In this document: positions 22,632 to 30,845 of the stretch, one piece after another | Layout of the letters: every line of letters begins with the position of its first letter | Numbering within the stretch: the stretch's first letter is position 1 | IMG/VR virus record: IMGVR_UViG_3300016672_000047 | Coordinates: 1 to 32,001 of that record | Direction: 5' to 3' (one strand) | DNA from: a virus | Taxonomy: Duplodnaviria; Caudoviricetes | DNA: 32,001 nucleotides | Program-made: the position numbers and the translations under genes | The notes under the pieces: generated by a model | Databases searched by the model: none | Told to the model about the DNA's origin: nothing | The model's input: the letters and a program-made list of their open reading frames with translations, nothing else

Positions 22632-24843
22632 CGAAGCAAGGCTCCTCGATCACCGACTGCTGCAACGCAGACGCACGCCCCCAACCCGCAGGCTTTACAT
22701 AGGCCCAGGGCCGCACCCCACTCTTAGGCAATGCCGGCATGCGCCGCTTGCGCCAGCCCAACCGGTGCATGATCGCCCCGACCCGCATCTGCTCAGGTTT
22801 GCCCCAATGGCCGAAGTCCAGCTTGAGCGCCTGGGTGAGGATCTCGTTGCCGGTGGCCGTTTCGCCGATCTGCGACTCTTCCATCCATGCCAGGATCGGC
22901 CCTTCCCATTCGTCGACGACGAAGCGTTCGTCCTGGGCCTCGGCGAACATCTTGGATTCGTCCTTGTTCACCCACCAGATATCACCCGCCTCGAAGCAGA
23001 ACAGTGCCTCGGCCCACAGCTGGTCGCGGATCTCGCGCAGTTGCTCCAGATCGACCTTGTTGCAGAACACCGGCCAATAGCGACGGTTGCCCGTGGCGTC
23101 CTTTAGGTATTCCTCTTGGTTGGTAGTGCCCACGAAAACACACTGGCGTGGCACGTCATTCGTTCTTCGGCCGTAGCTCTCGCGGTAGGTGTCGGTGGAC
23201 GCGGAGAAAAACTGCTTGGCCTTGGTGCTTTCCGCCTTGTTGAAACTGTCCAGCTCCCCCAACTCAACAATCCACTTGCCGCGAATCGCCTGGAAGCTGT
23301 CCTTATCGCCGAGAGCAAAGGGCGTGTCCATGAACCACTCGCCACCGAGCACGCCCATGGCCGTCGACTTACCAGCGCCCTGCCCGCCTTCGAGGATCAT
23401 CACCGAGTCAGCCTTGCAGCCCGGGCGCATGACCCGCGCAACAGCTGAGATAAGCCAGCGTTTGCCGACCTTGGCCGAGTACTCGCTCGTCTGGACGCCC
23501 AGCACGTCGGTCAGCCAGGTTTCAATACGGGGCACGCGATCCCACTCCAGCTTCTCCAGGTACTCGCGCACTGGATGGAAGGCGTGGTCGTGGGCTACAA
23601 CGCTTACGGCCTCGATCACATGGGAGGCTTTGACCCGCAGGTTGTATTGCTGCGCGAGCCACTTCATCACACGCATGTCATCGATGTCGGCCCAATCGCC
23701 GGCACCGCCACCGAAGGGTGCAGACCTTAGCTTGACGATCTTGGAGCTGAACACGCTGTAACCGATGACACCGGCCCAGCGTTCGTCGTTGCCCAGGATC
23801 AGCTCGACGTTTTGCATGTGCGCGATCAGGGAGCCGTTTTCGGTGCGGGCGAGTTGGTCTTTCCAACCGCCAGCTGCAGGAGGCTTGACCACCGCCAACA
23901 CCTGGCGGCGGACGGCCTCCAAACCTTCAGCGACGTGCAGGTCGTTGAAGTCCGTCCACTTGATCTCGCGCTCGCCGGAGAACACAGGGGCAACCACCTG
24001 GCCGCCGACAACCAGCGCGGCGTTGTTGGCCTTCTCTTCGCCAGGGTTCCAGGGATCGCCGTTGGGGCGTTTGGTCTTCCAGTCATCATCGCGACAGATG
24101 ATCAGCGGGCAGCCGGGGAAGCGCTCGCGCATGGCCTTGGAGACCGGCAGGAGGTTACCCGCGTCGAAGGCAATGGCGACGGTGAGCGAAGTCGCCATGT
24201 GAAGGCTGGCGCCCGTGGCGTAGCCCTCACACACCAGCACCGGCTCGCCAGGTTCGGGGTGAGGGCCAATGAGGTGGAATGCGCCCTCTTTCGACATGCC
24301 GTAGGGCCAGTACGCCTTGTCGCGGCCAGTGTCCTCTTGCTTAGTGGGGAAGATTACCTGCAGGCCGACGATCTGGTCGCGCACGTTGCACATAGGCACT
24401 AAAAATGCGCCAGTTCGAGGCGCATAGCGAACCTTGAAGCCGACGATCTGCTTTCGATCCAAGTAGGCGCTCTTGCCCTTTTCGGGCATGCGCTTGAACA
24501 GGCCGGCAGCACGGTTGGCCGCTCGACGTGAAGCATTGGTCGCGATCTCGGCGGCCTTACGCTTGGCATCTTCCTGGCGAGCGCGCATGACTTCGCGCTC
24601 TTCGGGGCTCATACGCCCTGGCTTGACCTTGATCTTTTGGGTGTCGCCGGAGCGCCAGTCACCGAAGCTACCGAAGATCAGCGTCTCGTTTTTTTCGGTG
24701 TGGTGTTCGTGGATGACGTACCAGCCGTTTTTTTCCTTGCCCTTGTCCTGGGCGGTTTTGCAGCGGGTGAGTTTGCCGAACGTCAGGGGTTGGGCGGGTT
24801 CGAGGCCGTAGTCTGCGAGCTGATTGAGCACATCATCGAGCAT
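22624..24843 (-). CDS. TOPRIM primase fused to VapE-family helicase (replication protein)
   Basis: TOPRIM VCEGYATG...ICRDDD...TDFNDL. Helicase Walker A GGQGAGKS, plus VELGEL and GTTN...DATGNRRYWPV. Confidence 0.93.
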   Translation of the reverse strand: MLDDVLNQLADYGLEPAQPLTFGKLTRCKTAQDKGKEKNGWYVIHEHHTEKNETLIFGSFGDWRSGDTQKIKVKPGRMSPEEREVMRARQEDAKRKAAEIATNASRRAANRAAGLFKRMPEKGKSAYLDRKQIVGFKVRYAPRTGAFLVPMCNVRDQIVGLQVIFPTKQEDTGRDKAYWPYGMSKEGAFHLIGPHPEPGEPVLVCEGYATGASLHMATSLTVAIAFDAGNLLPVSKAMRERFPGCPLIICRDDDWKTKRPNGDPWNPGEEKANNAALVVGGQVVAPVFSGEREIKWTDFNDLHVAEGLEAVRRQVLAVVKPPAAGGWKDQLARTENGSLIAHMQNVELILGNDERWAGVIGYSVFSSKIVKLRSAPFGGGAGDWADIDDMRVMKWLAQQYNLRVKASHVIEAVSVVAHDHAFHPVREYLEKLEWDRVPRIETWLTDVLGVQTSEYSAKVGKRWLISAVARVMRPGCKADSVMILEGGQGAGKSTAMGVLGGEWFMDTPFALGDKDSFQAIRGKWIVELGELDSFNKAESTKAKQFFSASTDTYRESYGRRTNDVPRQCVFVGTTNQEEYLKDATGNRRYWPVFCNKVDLEQLREIRDQLWAEALFCFEAGDIWWVNKDESKMFAEAQDERFVVDEWEGPILAWMEESQIGETATGNEILTQALKLDFGHWGKPEQMRVGAIMHRLGWRKRRMPALPKSGVRPWAYVKPAGWGRASALQQSVIEEPCFDD

Positions 24844-25060
24844 AACGGGACGTCCTCAGATCATCAGTGGACTTGCACTCAATGCAGAGCGTGCAACCGG
24901 GCTGTGCCAATCGACGCCCCTCGGGGATCGGCTCTTCACATTCATCACAGAACATCAAGGAAGGCAGAACAATGTCAGACAGCAGCGCGAGCCGTGCCGC
25001 GACGGCTTGATCAATCTGCTTCTGCACCAGGTCATTTGCAAAGTCGATGTCATCAGCCAC
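24833..25060 (-). CDS. TraR/DksA C4 zinc-finger protein
   Basis: ADDIDFAND...CDECEEPIPEGRRLAQPGCTLCIEC. Confidence 0.92.
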   Translation of the reverse strand: MADDIDFANDLVQKQIDQAVAARLALLSDIVLPSLMFCDECEEPIPEGRRLAQPGCTLCIECKSTDDLRTSRYAR

Positions 25061-25571
25061 GGTCCGCCCCCCGAGTTGTCTGGTTGACGTAGGTGGCGCG
25101 ATTCAACATCCCCAACAACCCCTGAATGCCGCGAAACACCTGCAGGCGAATCTCGGCCAGTTCCTGATCACTCACAACACCATCGCCAATGCTCTTGGCC
25201 CAGGTGTCGGCCAGATCGGCCACCTGCCGGAAGTACCCGGCAATACCGGTGGTCAAGGTCTCGGGCATATCGCTGGTGTAGGTTTCAGCCAGCTCCTGCC
25301 AGGTCGTATCGCCGACCAGGGCATGCACCGCATCGAGGATGCGCCGGTCCTTGGTCAGTTCGAGGATCTCGCCGAACTCTTGAATGTTGACGGCGTGGGA
25401 GGGATGGGTGGGAGACAACTTGTGCTGCAAGGTAGTGGCATTGCGGCCGGTGGTGGCGGCTATCGCAGCGGCACCGCCGGGATAATCCCGTGCGGCGTGG
25501 TACAGGGCTAATTCAAGCGTCAGGACTTCCCTTTGCGCTCTATCAACACAGCTTAAAGCTACTCGGCTCAT
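25053..25571 (-). CDS. Phage regulatory protein, CII-like (186/P2-type family)
   Basis: Start ATG 25571 behind AGGA. LYHAARDYPGGAAAIA...LQHKLSP and DGVVSDQE motifs. Downstream of cro. Confidence 0.82.
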   Translation of the reverse strand: MSRVALSCVDRAQREVLTLELALYHAARDYPGGAAAIAATTGRNATTLQHKLSPTHPSHAVNIQEFGEILELTKDRRILDAVHALVGDTTWQELAETYTSDMPETLTTGIAGYFRQVADLADTWAKSIGDGVVSDQELAEIRLQVFRGIQGLLGMLNRATYVNQTTRGADRG

Positions 25572-25730
25572 GGCATTAATCCTACTAAGTTGCCAGTGCC
25601 CCGCGACCTGCAGTGGTGTTACATTTGCCGCGTGGCTTGAAAGGGCCCAAACGCCGGCTAGATCTAGGGATCGAAACCGGCACCGTGCCGAGGCGAACAA
25701 TCCGTTGCTCACCTCTGGCGCAACAGCTGC

Positions 25731-25805
25731 CTAATCTGTGGTGGAAAAGGCAGCAACCCAAGACATCCGTGTCTTGGCAGCGCGATAAAGGGAGGTGGTT
25801 TGCAT
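25731..25805 (-). CDS. 24-aa small ORF MQTTSLYRAAKTRMSWVAAFSTTD
   Basis: Strong AGGAGG SD 9 nt before ATG 25805, on the cro-cII transcript. Too short for the ORF track. Confidence 0.45.
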   Translation of the reverse strand: MQTTSLYRAAKTRMSWVAAFSTTD

Positions 25806-25870
25806 GTGGTGTGCCCTCCTACCTTCGTCGCGACCCGACAGCACTGTGGTGGTGTGTGCCGGGAGGAACT

Positions 25871-25896
25871 AGGCGGCCCTTGGGTCGCCTTTTTTC
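25871..25896 (+). terminator. Rho-independent terminator for a plus-strand (antisense) transcript
   Basis: AGGCGGCCC-TT-GGGTCGCCT-TTTTTC. The U-tract is on + although the flanking genes are on -. Confidence 0.75.
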
Positions 25897-25899
25897 TAT

Positions 25900-26160
25900 C
25901 TACACTGTGGCTTTCTGCGGCGCCGATGCATTGAGCAGCCAGGCAGCGTCAAACGCATTGCCCTTTTGCTTTGCGGCGGTCGCTAAGAGTTTTGCGTAGT
26001 GGGTTTCACCGGTGTAATCGGTGCGGGGAAGGCTGGCAGCCAAGCGCCATTTATTGAGCGCCTGATAACTCCTTTCACACACCTTGGCGGCAGCACCAAT
26101 GCCGCCTACGGCTTCAAATGCGAACGCGATGGCGTTCGGAAAATCTGCGGGGTCCAGCAT
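25900..26160 (-). CDS. cro: Cro-like repressor
   Basis: Start ATG 26160 behind GGAGG. HTH GGIGAAAKVCERSYQALNKW. Divergent from cI. Confidence 0.85.
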   Translation of the reverse strand: MLDPADFPNAIAFAFEAVGGIGAAAKVCERSYQALNKWRLAASLPRTDYTGETHYAKLLATAAKQKGNAFDAAWLLNASAPQKATV

Positions 26161-26173
26161 GGCAACCTCCATT

Positions 26174-26248
26174 TATCAACTCGAAGTTGATATTAACATC
26201 AACTGACTATTGCGCAACCCCTGTGAGAGTATCAACTCATGGTTGATA
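26174..26248. promoter_or_regulatory. Right operator/divergent promoter region
   Basis: Palindromes TATCAAC-TCGAA-GTTGATA (26174-26192) and TATCAAC-TCATG-GTTGATA (26230-26248), with a half-site CATCAAC at 26197. Minus-strand promoter TTGCGC-16-TAATAT for cro. Confidence 0.85.
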
Positions 26249-26964
26249 AGAACGAGCTACGGGCAGCTTTCACGGCGCGCCTTCACGAAGCACTCGACGA
26301 TGCCGGTGTACGCACCCGGGGACGTGGGGTGGATATTCACGCCCATCTTGTGAAGGTTGGGGCTAAAAAAAGTACTCAGGCCATCAGCAAGTGGCTGAAT
26401 GGCGAATCCATACCTGAGGCGGACAGCATGGTTGTGCTGTGTTCATGGTTGAAGGTGCGTAGGGAGTGGCTGGAATATGGTGTGCTACCTAAAGAGCAGA
26501 CCGGGGACAGTAATGTCCACCAGTTCGATAAAGCAGGCGAAAGTAATGTCCGAGAGATCACTCGACGCTTTGGAAAAGTCCCACTGATTTCGTGGGTACA
26601 GGCAGGCGCATGGTGCGAGTCGAATTTTGAGCAGCATGACGGCGAATCATGGCTGTCGTGCCCTGTGCCTATCAGCGAGAGCGGTTATGCGCTGAAGGTA
26701 CTTGGTGACTCTATGACGAATCCAGGGCCAGGTCGCAGCTATCCTACGGGGTGCATTATTTTTGTGGATCCTGAGGCTGAAACGAAGACAGGTGATCGAG
26801 TGATCGCGAGGGTTCCCCGGACCAATGAAGCTACATTTAAGATTTTGGTGGCGGACGCAGGCAGACAATTTTTAAGGCCTATCAATCCGCAATACCCAAT
26901 CATTGATATTACGGAAGAAACACACATATGTGGAAAAGTAGTCGGTTCATTTATTCCAGAGTAA
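26239..26964 (+). CDS. cI: CI-like repressor (HTH + S24 autopeptidase)
   Basis: QAISKWLNGESIP HTH, VPLISWVQAG cleavage site, VLGDSM catalytic Ser, EATFK catalytic Lys. Confidence 0.95.
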   Translation: MVDKNELRAAFTARLHEALDDAGVRTRGRGVDIHAHLVKVGAKKSTQAISKWLNGESIPEADSMVVLCSWLKVRREWLEYGVLPKEQTGDSNVHQFDKAGESNVREITRRFGKVPLISWVQAGAWCESNFEQHDGESWLSCPVPISESGYALKVLGDSMTNPGPGRSYPTGCIIFVDPEAETKTGDRVIARVPRTNEATFKILVADAGRQFLRPINPQYPIIDITEETHICGKVVGSFIPE

Positions 26965-26978
26965 TTTAATGTCTAAAA

Positions 26979-27695
26979 CTATGCCTTTAACGCAGCCATT
27001 CGTTTCTGCCTTAATAGTCTCTTTCCCTCCTTTGCCAGATCCTCCAGACAATCATAGATATACATCAGCTCAAGTTCACTCGCAGCCTCAAGAAGTTGAT
27101 TATTTAGCTGAACTGTTCGCGCTTTAATCTCTTCACTGGCACATTCATGATTGGAGTACTTATACAAAAACCGTAGCAACCCACAAGTCTCTATGAGACG
27201 TCTACCCTTATCCGTTTTTGGCAAATACACACCCGCCACACTGATGACATTTATGTGTGCAGAATACTCATCAAAGTGAGGATGGCAAATCAAGTAATCA
27301 TCGGACTCGGTCGAAAACTCATCCTTCACTTTTGCCTTAGTCACAGGCTTATCTAATTTAGCGCCATTACAATCCTTACAACTCACACAGAGATTTTGAC
27401 TTTCAAACATGAAGTGGGGGTGTGTAGCCTTTGGTATTATGTGTTCAGCATCCCAAACCCCATTATGCTCAACCACATTTCTCTGCAAACAAAAAGCACA
27501 CTGATAATCTTGAGCAACAATATAGTGATCCTTCAGACTTTTCTTTATTATCTTCCACACTCCTTTATTAGTATTATCCCAGAAGCCCACCTGTTCCTGA
27601 CGCTGCATCTTCTTAAAGTCCTCAACCAAAGAAACATGCTTAATAGAGTACGCATAGGGCCTGTTTATTTTAAACTGCGACTGCTCCAAACTCAT
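26979..27695 (-). CDS. HNH endonuclease (PtuB/Septu-like)
   Basis: CAFC...WDAEHIIPK...NLCVSCKDCNGAK HNH zinc motif and ICHPHFD. ATGA overlap with the upstream ATPase. AT-rich. Confidence 0.88.
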   Translation of the reverse strand: MSLEQSQFKINRPYAYSIKHVSLVEDFKKMQRQEQVGFWDNTNKGVWKIIKKSLKDHYIVAQDYQCAFCLQRNVVEHNGVWDAEHIIPKATHPHFMFESQNLCVSCKDCNGAKLDKPVTKAKVKDEFSTESDDYLICHPHFDEYSAHINVISVAGVYLPKTDKGRRLIETCGLLRFLYKYSNHECASEEIKARTVQLNNQLLEAASELELMYIYDCLEDLAKEGKRLLRQKRMAALKA

Positions 27696-29047
27696 TGCTG
27701 AACCTCGCTAAGAGCGTCACTCAGAAGATCTATCAATTTAACAACGGGATCGTGCGGCCTCAAATAACCTCTCAAACTAATGATTCTAGCCAGCACATCC
27801 ATACGTTCCTTACTCAGATCAAATCCACCACTTAGCGTACCTAGCGCACTTATAAGCTCACGTGTGAGATATTCATTTTTATATCCAGGAGCACCAAAAA
27901 CGCTCGCCAACTGAAAGTCCGCAGACCTATTATTTAATGCACGAGCATCTACAGTAAGTCCCCTCTGAATATCAAGCACATAACAATTGTTATTACTCAA
28001 ATTTGAAACCACTTGAGGCGAATGCGTGGCAACAATAAAATGACAGCATTTAAAATCACGAAATGAATCTATCAATAATCCGATAAATCTTTCTTGCCAC
28101 TCAGGATGAAGGCAAACTTCCGGCTCATCTATGCATATTAATGCACCATCCTCAATATGACTTGCTATCCCTAAAAGAGCCAATAAAACGCATTGCTCAC
28201 CCGAGCTTGCGTCAGTTATCCTAATTGGACTCTGCACGCCTATTTTCTGCAATGTAATATCACGAAGCCTAATAAACCCTAATTCAAGGAGACATAAAAA
28301 TCGGTCATCGACCGAGCCTCCCAAATTTATTTCAAACACACCAGCCTCATCAATTACGACGTCCAATCGCGGCTTTAAACTAATTAATGAAAAATAATAG
28401 AACGCATCAAGAATTTCGTCCGTTCGATCAGCAATCCCTTCGTAATTAAATTTTTGATTGAAGGGTGCTCCCTTTCTATAGCGCGCATTTAAAAAACTTA
28501 ATAGCGCTCCCTTAGGGTCCTCAGACTGTAAAATCTCATGCATTACCGTAGGCGACGGATCCATAACTAGCCTAACCTGCATAAACCCGTGATAACCCAT
28601 GTAAGAAAACACATTCATGATAGCTTTTAGACGACCAACGTCCTTATTAATCGACCGCAACAACTTACTTATAATTCTCGCCATGTACCCTAGACTTAGG
28701 TTCTGACCAGAGAGCCCTTTCAGCCCAACGTATTCATACTGGCTGGCAAACTCCCCCCTTCTATCAATTGGAAACTTGTCAAAGGGGCTAGTAGACGATG
28801 CAATAATTTTCGTCGGTTGCAGATTAAAACGGACTGATCCCGCATCCTCCGACCATTCGCGTCTAAGTAAAGGCCTATCTTGTGAGGGCTCAGGTACAGA
28901 AACAAATGACCTTATCAACTGGCGCAACAAAAGGCTTTTGCCAGCCCCATTCCGACCCACCACAATAGTAAATATATTTTCGTAATTACAAACATCACCT
29001 AAATGAAATTTCAGTTCTTCGCCTCGAAACTTGCAACTATTAATCAT
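27692..29047 (-). CDS. ABC/AAA_21-type ATPase (PtuA/Septu-like)
   Basis: Walker A GRNGAGKS, signature ASSGEQ, Walker B/D-loop IDEPEVCLHP, H-loop ATHSP. No transmembrane partner. AAGGA RBS. Confidence 0.9.
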   Translation of the reverse strand: MINSCKFRGEELKFHLGDVCNYENIFTIVVGRNGAGKSLLLRQLIRSFVSVPEPSQDRPLLRREWSEDAGSVRFNLQPTKIIASSTSPFDKFPIDRRGEFASQYEYVGLKGLSGQNLSLGYMARIISKLLRSINKDVGRLKAIMNVFSYMGYHGFMQVRLVMDPSPTVMHEILQSEDPKGALLSFLNARYRKGAPFNQKFNYEGIADRTDEILDAFYYFSLISLKPRLDVVIDEAGVFEINLGGSVDDRFLCLLELGFIRLRDITLQKIGVQSPIRITDASSGEQCVLLALLGIASHIEDGALICIDEPEVCLHPEWQERFIGLLIDSFRDFKCCHFIVATHSPQVVSNLSNNNCYVLDIQRGLTVDARALNNRSADFQLASVFGAPGYKNEYLTRELISALGTLSGGFDLSKERMDVLARIISLRGYLRPHDPVVKLIDLLSDALSEVQQ

Positions 29048-29186
29048 GAATATCCTTTTCTTGCGGCAATCTTATGAATTTAAAGGTTTCCCATCATAAT
29101 GCCACTACCTGCAATGCACCATCTCTGCGCCATCCTCCCCTGGGAACTCGAAGGTTCCGCGCAGATAAACTCATGACGCTTCAAAA

Positions 29187-29231
29187 TATCAACCAATGGC
29201 TGTTGACTAAAATCAACCACAGGTTGATATT
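29187..29231 (+). promoter_or_regulatory. Early (pL-like) promoter with operator
   Basis: TTGACT (29203-29208)-17 bp-GATATT (29226-29231). Operator AATCAAC-CACAG-GTTGATA (29211-29229) and half-site TATCAAC (29187) match the cro/cI operators. Confidence 0.85.
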
Positions 29232-29266
29232 TGCCTCACTCTCCCACCACAGAGCGAGGCAACACC

Positions 29267-29443
29267 ATGCACACCACAGCCACCCTGCACGTCCACCCGG
29301 CCGCTGCTAACCCCTCCCGCATCTTCGAAATCCGCCGTCTGGCACAAGACTGCGGCTGCGCCTTCATCGCGTCCAAACCCAAGCTGAAACAGCACACCGC
29401 CCCTGCTCCGTTCGATCCGAACGGCGGAGGGCAAGCGGCATGA
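29267..29443 (+). CDS. Small early protein (58 aa), unknown function
   Basis: GAGG RBS, ATG 29267. First gene after the early promoter, with an ATGA overlap to the next gene. Confidence 0.75.
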   Translation: MHTTATLHVHPAAANPSRIFEIRRLAQDCGCAFIASKPKLKQHTAPAPFDPNGGGQAA

Positions 29444-30021
29444 ACACGTACAAACTCGACAACCGCACCCTGTCCCTGCTCAAGGCCCAGGTCAGCCTGA
29501 CCGAAACCTTCAACCACCTCCTGCGCACCGATACACAGCGCCAGGCCCTGTCTTTTCGCCTAAAAGTCGAGCGCCGCATTGCAGATACGCACTTCACCGT
29601 TGAGCTGGGCAGCGAACGCCACACGCTGACCCTGACCAACAGCAAGAAGATGCACCTCAAGCTTGCGGACTTCATCGAAGAGATCGTCAACGGGCCTTCC
29701 AACCCTGCAGAGACACCTGCCACGCCGCATGTAGATCGACGCTACGGCGTGTTTGAAACCGAACATAAGCAACAGGTGTTCGATCTGGTACGCACCGGCG
29801 GCGCGCTCAGTCTCGACATGGGTTTTGAGCAACCGATCAACCTGGCGATCCATCGCAACAAATCCCGCGCTGGCATCACCACCATCATGAGCATCGGCGT
29901 CAGAAAGCCGCGCTCCAAATGCTTCACGGTGTACGGCAGCGACGTGGAGATCTATTCCATGGTCGCCGAATCCATCACCCACCTGGCTGCCGTGGCGACG
30001 CCCGCCGCGCATGCAGCATAG
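29440..30021 (+). CDS. Hypothetical early phage protein
   Basis: 193-aa ORF with GC3-rich codons, coupled to its neighbours. Confidence 0.8.
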   Translation: MNTYKLDNRTLSLLKAQVSLTETFNHLLRTDTQRQALSFRLKVERRIADTHFTVELGSERHTLTLTNSKKMHLKLADFIEEIVNGPSNPAETPATPHVDRRYGVFETEHKQQVFDLVRTGGALSLDMGFEQPINLAIHRNKSRAGITTIMSIGVRKPRSKCFTVYGSDVEIYSMVAESITHLAAVATPAAHAA

Positions 30022-30030
30022 GAGGTCGCG

Positions 30031-30315
30031 ATGGAACGTAGCCTCGAAAAAGCCGCCAAGTACTTCGGCCTCACCCGCCCCAAGCTGATCCTGCTCATGC
30101 GTCAAAAGGGCATGCTCAACGACCGCAACCTGCCGGCCTTCCCGGTGCGGGATCGCGAGTATCTACGAGTCAAGGACAGCAACTGGTTCCACGAGACCGC
30201 CGGCATGCAGTACAGCCAGTCGACCAAGGTTCGGCAAGCAGGCATCCGCTGGCTCGCCGATCAACTGGGGCTCGAACTGCCAGCAATCCCGGCAGACAAC
30301 CGTGACGTGGCCTAG
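30031..30315 (+). CDS. Antirepressor KilAC/ANT-like stand-alone domain
   Basis: SLEKAAKYFGLTRPKLILLMRQKGML...NLP...YLRVK...TKVRQAGIRWL pattern. AGGAGG RBS. Confidence 0.78.
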   Translation: MERSLEKAAKYFGLTRPKLILLMRQKGMLNDRNLPAFPVRDREYLRVKDSNWFHETAGMQYSQSTKVRQAGIRWLADQLGLELPAIPADNRDVA

Positions 30316-30520
30316 GGAGTACGCCCGCCAGATCGTCGCCATGAGCACACGCGAGGAGCGCAACGCTGCGCTCCTCGAAGTGCCGGAGCATCTGCGGGAG
30401 CTGACCAAACGCCATTGCCTGAATGCTTGGAACCACCCTTCACGACTCAAACGCAAGGAGGCCGCAGCCCATGAGCAACAACTGCCAGACACCGCTACGA
30501 CTGCTACCCGCCCCGGATAG
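30302..30520 (+). CDS. Hypothetical protein
   Basis: WPREYARQIVAM...RNAALLEVPEHLR. Fills the gap between neighbours. The 3' end overlaps the next gene by 50 nt. Confidence 0.6.
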   Translation: MTWPREYARQIVAMSTREERNAALLEVPEHLRELTKRHCLNAWNHPSRLKRKEAAAHEQQLPDTATTATRPG

Positions 30521-30797
30521 TGCCACCGTCGAGATGCTGCACCAACTCTTCGGCGACGTGCTTATCCCCCTGGAAAAGCTGCGCGTGCATTACTTCAAGA
30601 ACCTCAACGAAAAGACCTTCACCGAGGCGATCGCCAACGGGCGTATTCAGCTGCCGGTGACCACCCTGGACCACAGCGTCAAGGCGATCCGGTATGCCCA
30701 CATCAAACACGTCGCAGCACTGATCGACATCCGCGCTTACCGAGCGGACGAAGACATGCCTCGGCCACAAAACGACTCAACCGAGCAAGACCAGTAA
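30471..30797 (+). CDS. Pyocin activator PrtN-family protein
   Basis: AAGGAGG RBS, ATG 30471. LFGDVLIPLEKLRVHYF...GRIQLPV...SVKA...HIKHVAALID pattern. Confidence 0.82.
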   Translation: MSNNCQTPLRLLPAPDSATVEMLHQLFGDVLIPLEKLRVHYFKNLNEKTFTEAIANGRIQLPVTTLDHSVKAIRYAHIKHVAALIDIRAYRADEDMPRPQNDSTEQDQ

Positions 30798-30845
30798 CCC
30801 AGACGGCTGCCACCACCAGCCACGAAACTACCAGGAGCACACCAC

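Larger units (their letters stand above)
25630..25896 (+). ncRNA. Candidate structured antisense small RNA in the cro-cII interval
   Basis: Extended -10-like TGTTACATT at 25617-25625, at least four hairpins, and a plus-strand terminator at 25871-25895. Boundaries are inferred. Confidence 0.45.

Noticed and set aside
22624-24843. VapE 'virulence-associated' label as a virulence factor
   Set aside because: The domain is a replicative helicase fused to a TOPRIM primase in the normal phage replication position.
25650-25690. tRNA-like GGTTTCGATCCC segment on the minus strand
   Set aside because: It resembles a T-loop only. No acceptor, D or anticodon arms could be built by eye, so it is not called as a tRNA.
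25613-25999. 128-aa plus-strand ORF across the cro-cII gap
   Set aside because: It has atypical composition, runs through a clear terminator and into cro antisense. The RNA structure explains the region better.
26979-29230. Retron (Ec78-like) interpretation of the ATPase-HNH pair
   Set aside because: No reverse transcriptase ORF (no YADD-type motif) is adjacent, and no convincing msr-msd a1/a2 inverted repeat was seen.
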